Source: Adineta vaga
Taxonomy: Eukaryota; Animalia; Rotifera
NCBI GenBank assembly: GCA_021613535.1
Contig: CP075497.1
Coordinates: 7,812,001-7,876,000, forward strand
DNA length: 64,000 nucleotides
Direction: 5' to 3'
Shown: positions 1 through 14,881 of the stretch, one piece after another
How positions within the stretch are numbered: position 1 is the stretch's first letter
Layout: every line of letters starts with the position of its first letter
The notes under the pieces: model-generated
Told to the model about the DNA's origin: nothing
Databases searched by the model: none
Seen by the model: the letters and a program-made list of their open reading frames with translations, nothing else
Program-made: the position numbers and the translations under genes

Positions 1-1147
1 GGGGACACCAGCTGGATATACATCAGCACGTTTGTATAAATGTAAGAATGTCATAAACTCTAGTTGATTCTGAATCGAATGAATTTCAATATTTTTTCTT
101 TAGTATTTGGTGGTGAGAATAGAAAGAAAAATGTGATGATGACAGCCGTCGCTTGTCCTGGGTAATGAACAACTACTGAATACAAATTCAGATATATATA
201 TTCTGAGTTATTTTAGTGTTATTTTTGGTATATTTTTTATTTTGAATCTTGTTCTATGGGCAAATGGTAGTTCTGCAGCAATTCCTTTTACAACATTTCT
301 CGCATTATTAGCTCTATGGTTTTGTGTATCAACTCCATTGGTATTTTTTGGAGCTTTTCTTGGTTTTCGAGCTACAGTAAGATGAAAGTTAACAAGTATT
401 TTTAATCTTCATATGAATTATTTAGCCTTTGAGAAATCCCATTCGAACAAATCAAATACCTCGACAAGTACCTGAACAAACATTCTATACTAAATTGTTT
501 CCAAGTAGATTTTCATTCGTATTTTAAAACTATCGAATGAATTAAAATTTTCGTAGGTGTTATCATGGGTGGTATACTTCCATTTGGTTGTATTTTTATT
601 CAATTATTTTTTATTTTAAATAGTATCTGGTAAATTGTTTTTTCTTATATTTAATTAGATATACTTCTTTGATTGTAGGGCTCATCAATATTATTATTTC
701 TTTGGATTTTTATTGGTTGTTTATATCATTCTGATTTTAACATGTTCTGAAACAACTATTCTTCTCTGTTATTTTCATTTATGTGCTGAAGTATGTGTTT
801 GAATTCGATTTCGAACGAAAAGTAATCTTAAATTTTAGGATTATAATTGGTGGTGGCGTTCATTTTTTACATCGGGTTTTACGGCTGTTTATTTCTTTTT
901 ATATTCAATTTATTATTTTGCATCAAAATTAGAAATATCTGAAGGTACATCAACATTTCTCTATTTTGGTTATACATTAATGTTAACATTTATCTTATTT
1001 TTATTTACCGGTAAGTTCAACAAATATGTATGCAAACGAAGAAGAAATAAAATCTCATTCGTTTTCTTTCTATTCAAAGGTACAATTGGTTTTCTTGCTT
1101 GTTTCTGGTTTCTTCGTACAATTTATTCTGTGATTCGAGTAGATTAA
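1..1147 (+). CDS. TM9SF2: Transmembrane 9 superfamily member (TM9SF2-like), 3' exons only; gene starts upstream of the window
   Basis: Spliced translation gives GTPAGYTSARLYK-FGGENRKKNV, NPIRTNQIPRQVPEQ, MGGILPFGCIFIQLFFILNSIW, YFHLCAEDYNWWWRSFFTSG and the C-terminus TIGFLACFWFLRTIYSVIRVD* (TAA 1145-1147). Introns are short GT-AG. Confidence 0.93.
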
Positions 1148-1825
1148 AATAAATAATATACTGTTAGTATATTTATTATACAATCTCCTATTCATTCTTT
1201 TTTTCATTCTATTTGGATTTAATAGTGAAATATGTCGTATATTTCGTCAGTTCTTTTGCTTTCGTATCATATATATATATATATATATAACGTTGATATT
1301 TTTTGCGTTCGTTTTCCTTTGTCCGCTGCGTACATATCGAATATGTTCTACATGAGCGATAAACAGACTGATCATTCATTCTCAGTTAATGATAATAATA
1401 CATAAAAATATTTGTTTTTTAAATCTGTATTTTTTTGTTGTGATTTTATTTGAATTCTAATCTTTCTTCGTCTTAAATCTCTTTCGTTTGTTATGATAAA
1501 ATAAACAGAAGAATAAAATATGAAATAATGTAGGAATTGCATAGCATCTAAGCAGACAACCGAATAGGAGAGTATATACAATATTGATTTGAAAAAGAAA
1601 AGAAAAAACTAGTGAAGCATACAATTACTACTTATCAATGGTTTTTTATCTAAAATATAAATAGATTTCTACTTTTTTTTCGTTCTTCAATTAGACAAAA
1701 AACCTAAATATATATATTGACACTCCACCTCCTCATTTACATATATCGCTACATACATATCTGTGTATATAAACGACAGTAATATTCATGATTTCATTGT
1801 ATAACCTATTCCAATTTTAGATTTG

Positions 1826-4738
1826 ATGCTTCCAACTGTTGCAACGCTCACGAACATCTGTGAAGATGCTCTTTTGTCAGCAAAAATTGATCAAATCGAT
1901 CTCAAACCTTTTAATCGTCAATTCATTAATGAAGAATATTTAAATAGAACTTCAACGAATTGTGATGATAATATTGATACTTCATCATTATTCTCTCCAA
2001 CAACGAATTATAAACATTTTTTTCGTATATCACATATCCACGTTTCACATCCATCACGAGCATCATTATGGTTTAATCTTCTTCGACAAGATCAAGCAAA
2101 TCATCGACATAAATTTCAACAAGCAGTAGAACGATATCCAGAAGATATACGGTATGTTATCTTTTTTTTCTTACTGAATGAAATGTACCTAATTATGAAA
2201 TGTAGATCGTAGACATACTTCGTTCCCCCGCGGTATATTACGTAGCGATTTTTATCATATATTTCTTTCGTTCGGAAGTTTTTTACCTGATAAACGAGTA
2301 GTTTTTGAAACAGGAAAAGTATCTGGCCTCAAGGTAAAGAAAAAACCGGTTCTCGAGCAAAATAAAATATAACGACGCAATACAAGGTAGAGATAGTGTA
2401 TGAAATATGCAGTTAATCATTCAAAAATTAGTCCCTACGATTTGAATATTATTCAACGTAGATAGTTGGAAATTTGTTTTGATCATCATCTAACGTCAAT
2501 ACTTTAAATGAAATGTAAAACATCTATCTTTCTCAGATTATGTAGGAGGTTACTCAATTAATATTGAAACTTGTTTTTTTGATACATGACTCACAATGTT
2601 ATGCAGATTAGACTGAAAAAATGTGCACACTAGCTAGAGCAATTTATGATTGTTATAATATACAGAAACACTAGTTGAAAAATCGATAGACGATCTATAT
2701 TGAAACGGCATGTATTCGATGAGTATATAAAGTTATTGTAAGATTCATTTACATTTTTGCTAATAATCAATTGAACAGATATGAAAAGATAAAAAGAAAT
2801 GCATGATTTCTAATCAATTCGTTTCTACATTTGTTTATGAATGTTTCTATAAAGATTCCATCAAGTACGAATGGTGTATGTTTTCTTTTCAGAAATATGT
2901 TTGGTCGTCGAAATGATATCACTGTTCGTATTCCATCATGTGTCGACGCTAATCATTTACCTCATTATCATTTAAATCGTCGTGGTCAACATGCTATTAC
3001 TCGAATCTTAGGTGTATTCGCCTATTATCATCCTGATATAACATGTGCACCATTACTTGCACCAATAACTGCTTTGTTTTTGCATTATATGACCGAAATC
3101 GATGCATATGAATCCATATTAATTCTTACAAGCACCAATTATAAAATTATCACACAAACTGAAATACAATTTCAGTCATTAACATTAGCATTTCGTACAT
3201 TATTACGACGACATTGTCGTACAACGTATGAAATACTTGCTAAACACAGTCAAGATCCATCCATATTCGATGAGTGGCTTTGGATTATATTTGATTATTT
3301 ACCATTTCAATATCTTGTATCCATTATCGATTGTCTTTTAATTGAAGATATGAAAATTCTTATACGATTTAGTATGACATTATTTCATTTTTTTGTTAAA
3401 CATGGTCTCAATCAACAAATAATATCAGTTAAACAACGAAGACGTGATTCCTTATTTCGTCGATCGAAATTTGGTCGAGCATCTGGTCGATTACAAAATT
3501 CAACTTCACCAACATCGAATCGAGCGACTGCAACTATTTATGATAATTTAGTTGCTTATATTCAGCATTTTGATTTACCAATGGAAAAAGTATTCAAACA
3601 TGCGTTTGCTATACATCATTTACAACGAAAGGAAGTTTTTCGAGCTATTGAGGTACGTTTACATATTTTTCTTTACGAATAATGTCAGTCTTAGCTTGAA
3701 CTTTTCGCACTCGACTGTATTTCTTGTTTATTCATCCATATCAAAAATAGAAAGTACATGACGAATTAGGCGTTGCCTTTTTCCTCAATCACTTCTGTAC
3801 GTCGTCATATACGAATAAACATATCTTTTCCTATTGCTTTTCGAATCGACATGAGTCAAAAGTCTGATTCGTATAGTTTGAATTTATCTAAATCCAAATT
3901 AATCCAAAAAATTGCTCGATCATCTTCGCTATTGAAAAAACTTCATATTGTAAGTCTGCCGAATAAGTTAAACAAAGCATTGTTTTTTTTCATCAATTTC
4001 TATCTTTTTCTTTGTTTTTATTAGATAGAAGAAGAAAAAATCAAATTAGATCGTCGACGTATTATGCCACAATTACGTCGCTCATCATCAACCGGCAATC
4101 ATCATGTTATAACGCCAACACCAATACCGAAAGCATTTGTATCTCGTCCATTACATCATCAAAATTCGATGCCCATTATAATGGTTCGTGAATTTGATAC
4201 AACAACAGCAAGTCATTCTGACTTTGCATATCTATGGTCATTGATACCTAGTCGTTTAGCGGATTTTCAACCTGAACGTATTTATTCGTCGAATATTCAT
4301 GGCCGCCGTTTACGAACATTGTATGATCATGTCGAATATCATGAATATTGTTTAATTATAATTCGTAATGAAAAACAAGAAGTTTTCGGTGGATTTTGTA
4401 CAGGTCAACTAGCAAATCGTACTAAAACACGTGCATGGTTTGGAACAGGTGAATCATTTCTATTTACAATCAAACCTGAACGACAAGTTTTTAAATGGGT
4501 CGGTTATTCAACAGCACAGAAAGGTAGTACACAAGCATACGAAGATTATTTTATTTATGCTGACGATGAACGTTTACAAATGGGTGGAAGTAAAGAACCG
4601 CTGAATATTGGTTTATCCATCCAACAGGATTTAAATGAAGGAAGTACAAAATCATGCGATACATATGGAAGTAAATCATTATCAAGCATAGAACATTTTC
4701 AAATCATGGAAATTGAAGTCTTTGGATTTACACGATAA
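1826..4738 (+). CDS. TBC1D24: TBC1D24/Skywalker-like protein (TBC domain + C-terminal TLDc domain), 3 coding exons
   Basis: Exons approx. 1826-2151, 2892-3652 and 4025-4738. The atypical TBC region reads YYHPDITCAPLLAPITALFLHYM. TLDc motifs include IYSSNIHGRRLRTLY, VFGGF, WFGTGESFLF and FQIMEIEVFGF. Confidence 0.88.
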
Positions 4739-5347
4739 AACACATTTGTTTCGGATATTTTATTTTAGATAAGATATGTATACAAAACAAAACACGTAGT
4801 TATATATATATCTATATATCTCCGAGTGATGATGCTGTTATATATTGTATAGATACGAATCACAGAAAGAGAGACAGAGAAAAAGCATCTCTCGTTTTGT
4901 GTTCATGTGTGAATTTATTGGTTCCTCTTTTTCTTTTTTTTGATTTTTCTTTTTACTGTGAATTGCTTGAATCATTTTAAAGAGTGAATCAAGTAAAAAT
5001 TCAAAACATTAATATTGAAAGACTTTCTTTTATGTATATAATGAATATAAAAATAGATCAATGAAATTTATCTATGAAAATATCTCTTTTCTTTTCGTCA
5101 TTGAATCCATTATTTGTTGTAAATGATATGATATTTTCATCATATGACTAAAAACATAGAAAGAACACGATTTGAACCGTCTATAGAGTCCAAACAATAG
5201 CTATCTTACTTGTTCTTTGTCACGTTGAGTGAAGTGATTAAACAAAGAAGAAAGTGTGGATGCTATCAAATTACAACTAATGTTTTCAAGTATATTCAGT
5301 CGAATAATGAACAGTCAATGTTCATCACATTTATCGAACGAAACAAC

Positions 5348-6421
5348 ATGTTGAACGTATATCAACATCTTTTTATTCTTTCAATGTTCATTACAGTAAT
5401 AAATTCTAGAAAAATAACTAAATGTATTTCAAATACGCCGTGTAATTGTTATTTAACTGAACGATCATTTGCTCTTTTGAATTGCTCCAATTATTTACCT
5501 GATTTACCAGTATTTAATTCAAATTTATCACTTACAATCACGACAATTTTTGCACGAGATGTTTTAAGTCGTTGGCCATTACATTTGTGTGAATATTCTC
5601 ATCTTCAAATACTGGATCTAAGTGGATCGGATTTTCATTTGCAATCAATCGATTTATCATGTTTAGTACAATTAATCTATTTGAATTTAAGTCATACTCA
5701 ATTAAATCAAACGCCAAATTTTACGAAAGTATCTTTGAAAAATTTACAATATCTGGATTTATCATCGAATCAAATTGAATATTTCAATGGAAATCATTTT
5801 CGCTCAATGAATAATCTGATGGAATTATTTCTTCATAATAATCCATTGAAACAAATTGATTCTTTCGAACAATTTCTTAGTTTACCATCTCTTGAACATC
5901 TGAATTTGAATTTTAACTCTTCAAATTCAATAATACCAATGAAAAAACCATTAACCATTAGTCAATGGATTTATCTTGCTCATAAATGGAATAATACAAA
6001 TAAAGTCTTACAAATTCGTACAAATACTATTCCCTTGCAATCAATCTTTCCTCCCTCGAATCAACTTCATTTGATACCAATAGAATCAATGAAAATTATC
6101 TTAAATATTCTATCCAATTCAACATTTACTATACTACCCTTTGCATCGAAATGTTATTGTAATGAATTACAAAACTATCAACGTATATTTTCATTTATGA
6201 ATAATGAAAAAAACCTTTCGACTTTGGTTCAATCATCAACTTGTTTAATGCCAGATGGAGTTGCTCATGTATCTTTATTCGATCATCGAATATTAACGGA
6301 TTTAAATTGTACATCCATTGGCAGAATGTATAGTCAATCAAATAATCAAAACTCATGTTCATTACGAAACTTTGATCTGTTTATTTATATAATTACAATT
6401 TATGCAATTTTTTATTATTAA
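5348..6421 (+). CDS. Single-exon extracellular leucine-rich repeat protein with signal peptide, LRRNT, about 5 LRRs, LRRCT-like region and hydrophobic C-terminus (possible GPI anchor)
   Basis: Likely start MLNVYQHLFILSMFITVINS (signal-like). CISNTPCNC..C forms an N-cap. Repeats include LQILDLSGS, LIYLNLSHTQL, LQYLDLSSNQI, LMELFLHNNPL and LEHLNLNFN. A CYC...C...C C-cap is followed by the end FDLFIYIITIYAIFYY*. Confidence 0.82.
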   Translation: MLNVYQHLFILSMFITVINSRKITKCISNTPCNCYLTERSFALLNCSNYLPDLPVFNSNLSLTITTIFARDVLSRWPLHLCEYSHLQILDLSGSDFHLQSIDLSCLVQLIYLNLSHTQLNQTPNFTKVSLKNLQYLDLSSNQIEYFNGNHFRSMNNLMELFLHNNPLKQIDSFEQFLSLPSLEHLNLNFNSSNSIIPMKKPLTISQWIYLAHKWNNTNKVLQIRTNTIPLQSIFPPSNQLHLIPIESMKIILNILSNSTFTILPFASKCYCNELQNYQRIFSFMNNEKNLSTLVQSSTCLMPDGVAHVSLFDHRILTDLNCTSIGRMYSQSNNQNSCSLRNFDLFIYIITIYAIFYY

Positions 6422-8351
6422 AAATAGGAATTAAAATAATTGTTATTGAATGGAGGAGTATAGCCATAGCTTGAACCATATTGTTGATAACCTGGATATG
6501 ATGATGGTGGAACAAGATTTCGATTGAATTGATCTATAGTAAGATATCCATTAGAAAAACCAACTAAACAAAAACAATATTCAAGAAAATCTTTGTCTTT
6601 GTCATTTTGAATACTTACAAAGATTGTCATTTGCTTGAAATTGATCAAAAGGTGGAGATGAAGAATTTCCTAAGAAAAAGATTAATATCATTTTTTAAAT
6701 TATACATTGAAATTGAAATATATTTACTTCCAAATGATTCTTGATATTGATTCGTATAGTCATGTCGTGAGAAAGTATTTCCTAATGATCAATAAGAAAG
6801 ATAGTTTTTCATTGGAAAGTAAATCTTTCAACATACCTCGATAAGTTTGATATGGATTCCAAAAATTGTTGGAACCACCTTTATGATTATTTTTGTTAAA
6901 ACCATTTGAAAAGTTATTTTCTAAAAACAGATTCAGGTCAGATAATAACATTAAAGAAAGAAAGAAATAATCAAACCTTTATAAGATCGATATGGATTCC
7001 ATGGTTCATTAAAATTATTGTTATTATCATTTTGTGAAAATTGGTATTCTAAATAAATGAATTCAAATTAGAGATGAATACATTTCAATACTAATCAAAC
7101 CTTCGTATGATTGATATGGATTCCATGGTTGATCGAAATCATCTTTTCGATTATAATCATTATTATAATCATCGTCATCAATCGTTTCAATTATTTCACT
7201 ATTATCATCAATAATATTATTCGGAAGTCGATCATTTTTCTTTATACGTGAATAATTAATCATATCTTCAATATCCCAATGTTCTTGACCAAAATTATCT
7301 GTTGCTAATTTTCGAACTGCCCATGCATCGAAACATAGATTTTGATTTGTCATATAGTCATATGGAATATAACAATATCCTTTGTCACCCTACAAATATC
7401 GTTTCATTATCTTGTCTATTTTTGAAATGATCAAATAAGTTTATTCTTACCCATTGTTCTCCCCAAGAATTTCGTACAATAAATGCTCTCGATTGATCAC
7501 TATAACCAACAGCTAATAATGCGTGACTAAAATAGAAAATCAAACATTGTCGTAAAATCTTTGTTTACCAATTAGAAATCTAAACAAACCTTCCATGTGC
7601 TTGTCGACCATCATCGCCGTAAGCTGGCATTGGTACAACACCTGTTTTTGATGCTTGATCAAATGTAGTGTATAATTTCAAGCCAAATGCAAAAGGAAAA
7701 CCTTGTGCCAAACAAGATTTCATTTCATAAAGATTAATATTCACTCGAAGTGCTTCAGTAATCTTATGACGTTTCGCTTCATCATAAGACTGATCATTTG
7801 GACGAGAATTAACACGAGAAATATCGTATGGCCAAAGAGTTTCAAGACATGTACCCATTTCTTCTAATGCTTCAATAGCACTTGTCATTGTGCAACCTGA
7901 ATCGATCGGATTTTGTGTTTTTTGATCTTTAACACGAGCATTATAATAAATGAATAAACGACTAACATCCGTATTTCGACCATTAGCTTTCTTTGTTAAA
8001 TATTCATATGCTCCTAAAAAAGAAATAGCAATGTTTATCATTCGATATTTATATCTTCTTACCAGCAAGACAATTTGCTGCACTAAAAAACAAAGAAATC
8101 AAACAATATTTAGAAATATTTATGTAATGGAAATGAACTTACCAACTACCAATTCTTGATTGATCTTCTACAGGTGTCATATCTGAACGAAGATCAACTT
8201 TTGGTGGAAGTTGTTCAGCTCTGTAAACGATATGTTCACGAAATGTTTGACATAGTTGTAATTTGTTTGGTAAATGTGTTGATGGTATCAATCCATTGAC
8301 ACGAAATTTTGAAGAATTGAATTTATTTACTAAAAATGTTTTGAATGGCAT
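6418..8351 (-). CDS. Papain-family (C1A) cysteine protease of bacterial xylellain-like type with N/Y/Q-rich repeat tail, 10 exons
   Basis: Spliced protein: LPPKVDLR..PVEDQSRIGSCAANCLAGAYEY (catalytic Cys), SRLFIYYNAR, SHALLAVGY (His), FIVRNSWGEQWGDKGYCYIPYDY (Asn). There is no signal peptide or I29 prodomain. Exons: 8351-8143, 8082-8063, 8013-7590, 7526-7451, 7389-7101, 7048-6977, 6920-6837, 6781-6728, 6669-6619 and a last exon to TAA at 6418. Confidence 0.9.
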
Positions 8352-9253
8352 GGTATCGTAAGCTAAAACCGAATCGTATGAGATATCTTCAAGCAATTGC
8401 TTTGTATTGTGTATGGTCAATAGTGATCGAAAAACTTGCCTTAAAATACACTTTCTGATAATGATTCATCGATATGCAGAGGTGTATGGGAATAGCTTCC
8501 TTTTTTTTCAACTGAAACAATATTATTCATACTTTTCACCAAGGTAAGTTTATGCTCACCTGTTGTATACTAATCGTTAAGAAATGCGGCCAATGAATCA
8601 TAATTAATATTCCTTATCGCCTACTAAAATTGAATATCAGAGAATGAGTAAACAAATTAAATGCTAAAAAACGTTTACTCAGAAGTTTATGCGATGTTCT
8701 ATTATGATTTATGTTGAAGAAAAGTAGTTTAGTAAGGTATTAAATTAAATTAAGCAATGATTAATCAAATGTATGTACGAAATTAAAATACTGAGTTGAT
8801 AAGAAATATCTGTCAAACTTTTGTACCTAGTTTGGTTGTGTAAACATGTTTTCTTTAGATTTTCGATCTATAATATTTAACCTCGTTTGTTCATTATCTC
8901 TGTACAGTAACACTGGTTGTTGTTGTTGTTGTTATTGTGTGAAGTTCAAATTCATAATATTCAATTGCCATACATATGATTTAGGAAATTTGAGAAAAGA
9001 TTGAAAATTATCTATCGTCATCTAACATATCATTTTTATTGAGCAAATATACGTATATATGAAAATATCTTTTATACAATTCATCGAACAATTACATAGA
9101 TAACAAAGGGAAGAGAGAAAGAAAAAAAATAACATCTGATTGAATCATCGGGTTTTGTCAAGGAAAAAATATAGATGTTTATCTGACAGGAAAAATAATT
9201 TTCTATTTATACAAAAATAATATCTGATTGGTTTTTAGCAATGTTGATTGCAT

Positions 9254-12482
<3,229 letters not shown>

Positions 12483-12671
12483 CTAGAAACAAAGAAAACA
12501 AATTCTTAGCTAATTGAATATTTTTTTTCCTGTTTTTCTCTTGCATTCTTTTGCCTACAAAAAAAATGTTCATACACACTTCTCCCACTCACTCACTCTT
12601 TGTACATACACACACAAAACAAACAAACCAACAAACAAAAACTGTACGAGTGCGTGTATGGTTTAGGTAAA

Positions 12672-12687
12672 TCCAACGCGGAATATA
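12672..12687 (-). promoter_or_regulatory. Possible E2F-like site upstream of MCM5
   Basis: Minus strand reads TATTCCGCGTTGG about 190 bp upstream of the MCM5 ATG. It is a CG-containing motif resembling TTTSSCGC in otherwise AT-rich DNA, and MCM genes are classic E2F targets. The match is imperfect. Confidence 0.25.
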
Positions 12688-12794
12688 AGCACAAAAAAAG
12701 AAAACGAAGAAAAGGAATAGGATTGAACAAAAAAAACTGCTTTCAATAATATATAATAAATAATAATTATACAAATGTGCTCGTTTAGTTGATT

Positions 12795-13582
12795 TTAAAT
12801 TCTTCGAACACGTTCAGCTTGAACAACAGGCATATTTTTACGTATTTCATTTTGACCATGTTCTTTATAATCAAATGTACATTTATGTTCATTAGCATAA
12901 CGATGTAATGAACAAAATTGACCACCACACCGACAATCAAACCCTGAATACAGAAGACATTTTGGTGAATAAAATTTTTCTAGAATGAGGCATATTTTAC
13001 CAGTTAATCCAAGTTTTTTATTACAAGTTTCCCATGTACATCGATTACGTTTTTTCTTCTCTACACTCGATGAATTCGTTGGAGAAGCACCTATAGATTA
13101 AATAAAAAATAAATCTTTCTCTACAAATATTCTTAGTCTTACTTAGTGAACTACTTTCAGCGATATCTGAGTCATTTTTCATTGATGAATTGAGGGTAGT
13201 TGATATTGTGGGCGCAGATGCAACATGAAGAAGAGGACTAGCATGATTTTCTTGTTTCAATTGATCTTCACTGTTATCATTTTCAATTGGACTAATTGGA
13301 CTAATTATATTGTCTGCAACATCATCATCTTCAAGAAGATTCGCAGAAGTTACAGGAAGATTAGAGGATGAATAGAAACCTTTTAAAAAAAAAGCAATTT
13401 ATTTCCTTTCCCTTTCAAAGAATTTATTGAAACCTACTGGTACATGAATTCGTACGACCAGTATTGTATGAGCGATCAACTTGTTCACGAAAACATTTTG
13501 AACACATTCCTTCAAATTGTGAGGAACCATAAAATCCGCAATTATTTGTACAAAATGTTGGGTTAGATTCTGGTTGTTCCAT
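12795..13582 (-). CDS. A20/AN1 zinc finger protein (ZFAND5/6 family)
   Basis: N-terminal A20 finger CTNNCGFYGSSQFEGMCSKC. C-terminal AN1 finger [41 protein letters not shown]. Ends PVVQAERVRRI*. Confidence 0.93.
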
Positions 13583-14881
13583 TGAATTAAAGTTTTACAG
13601 AAAAAGACAATATACAATGTGTTTCAATACTGTGATGAAATAAGAAATCTGAAAAAAACCAAACATTTATAGATATAAAATAATGACGTATGTATCGAAT
13701 CATGTGTGAGTCACGAGGAAATAACAGAGCGTCATACCGTTGACATTGTAAGAGTACAGAAAGGAAGAAAGAACTTTTTTTTTACTGTTCTTTGTCTAGA
13801 CAAAAATCGATGATACTGAAACGGAAAAAAGAGGGACCGCAAACAGCGACAATGATTCGTGATAACCGATTTGTAATCAAGGTCATCGAAGTACTTTTTT
13901 GTCATTTAAACGAAAAAATAAATATTAAAAAGTGAAATTAAAAAAAGAAAGAATCAGTTTTTTTCAAGGTTTTTCTACTTCTTTTTCTTCTTCTTGTTAC
14001 ATAATCTAACAGCCTTGGCGGATACATCATATGATATCTGATCTAGCGAAAATACTAAAAAGAAAATCTGACTAAAACTATAACTCACGTAAGTTCAAGA
14101 ACCTGGAATATGATAAGGCACAGAAAGAAGTAATGGACGATATTCTATGTATATATGAGAAGAAATGTATATAGAGAGAAATAGACAGAGAACAAAAAAA
14201 CAATGAAATCACATGTAATCAACCATTGGATAGAAAAATTTGCCTTTAACATGATGTTAATTTAGAGAAAGAAAAACGAATGAAAGATGTCGTTGGATAC
14301 AAAACGTTTCTTAAATATACATAGTTAACAGTTTAAAGTGACGTAAAATCGATTATTCATTTTTCCAAAACATACTCGACCATTCGACTTCTAGTATCTT
14401 CTATCTTCATCACCACTACTTACTCATTTCCAACAGATTAATTCTCCTCGTCGAAACTGGAATATTCCATAAAGTTAAAAGATTTCCAAACTTACAGATG
14501 AAATAAAGATTATTAAGAAAAAAATTCTTACAGTAATCCTAAGTAGTAGCAAGAAAAAAAAAGAATTCCTTTCAACGACAACAAAATATCTGTTTCTCTT
14601 CGAGTCAAAACAATTGTCCTTGGACATGTATTATTATTTGTTTTCATCATTAAACACTCACAGTCAAGGTTAAAAACATTTTCTTTCTTTTGCTGAAAGC
14701 AACTGGTTTAACGATGACATCGTTCTACTGAGATTCTTTCAACAGAATGAATCAATACTTGTTATATAAATCATGAAATTTATTTTCAAAAGACAAAAAA
14801 AATAATAATCTTCATATGAACAAACAATTGAAGACAAAGCGAGTTGATAATATTAAATGTTCATTAGTGAGAAAAAAATCT

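Noticed and set aside
12483-12794. ZFAND-MCM5 same-strand spacing of about 310 bp with an AG directly before the MCM5 ATG
   Set aside because: A good GTGAGT donor near 12595 and a possible E2F-like site support an ordinary promoter plus a 5' UTR cis-intron.
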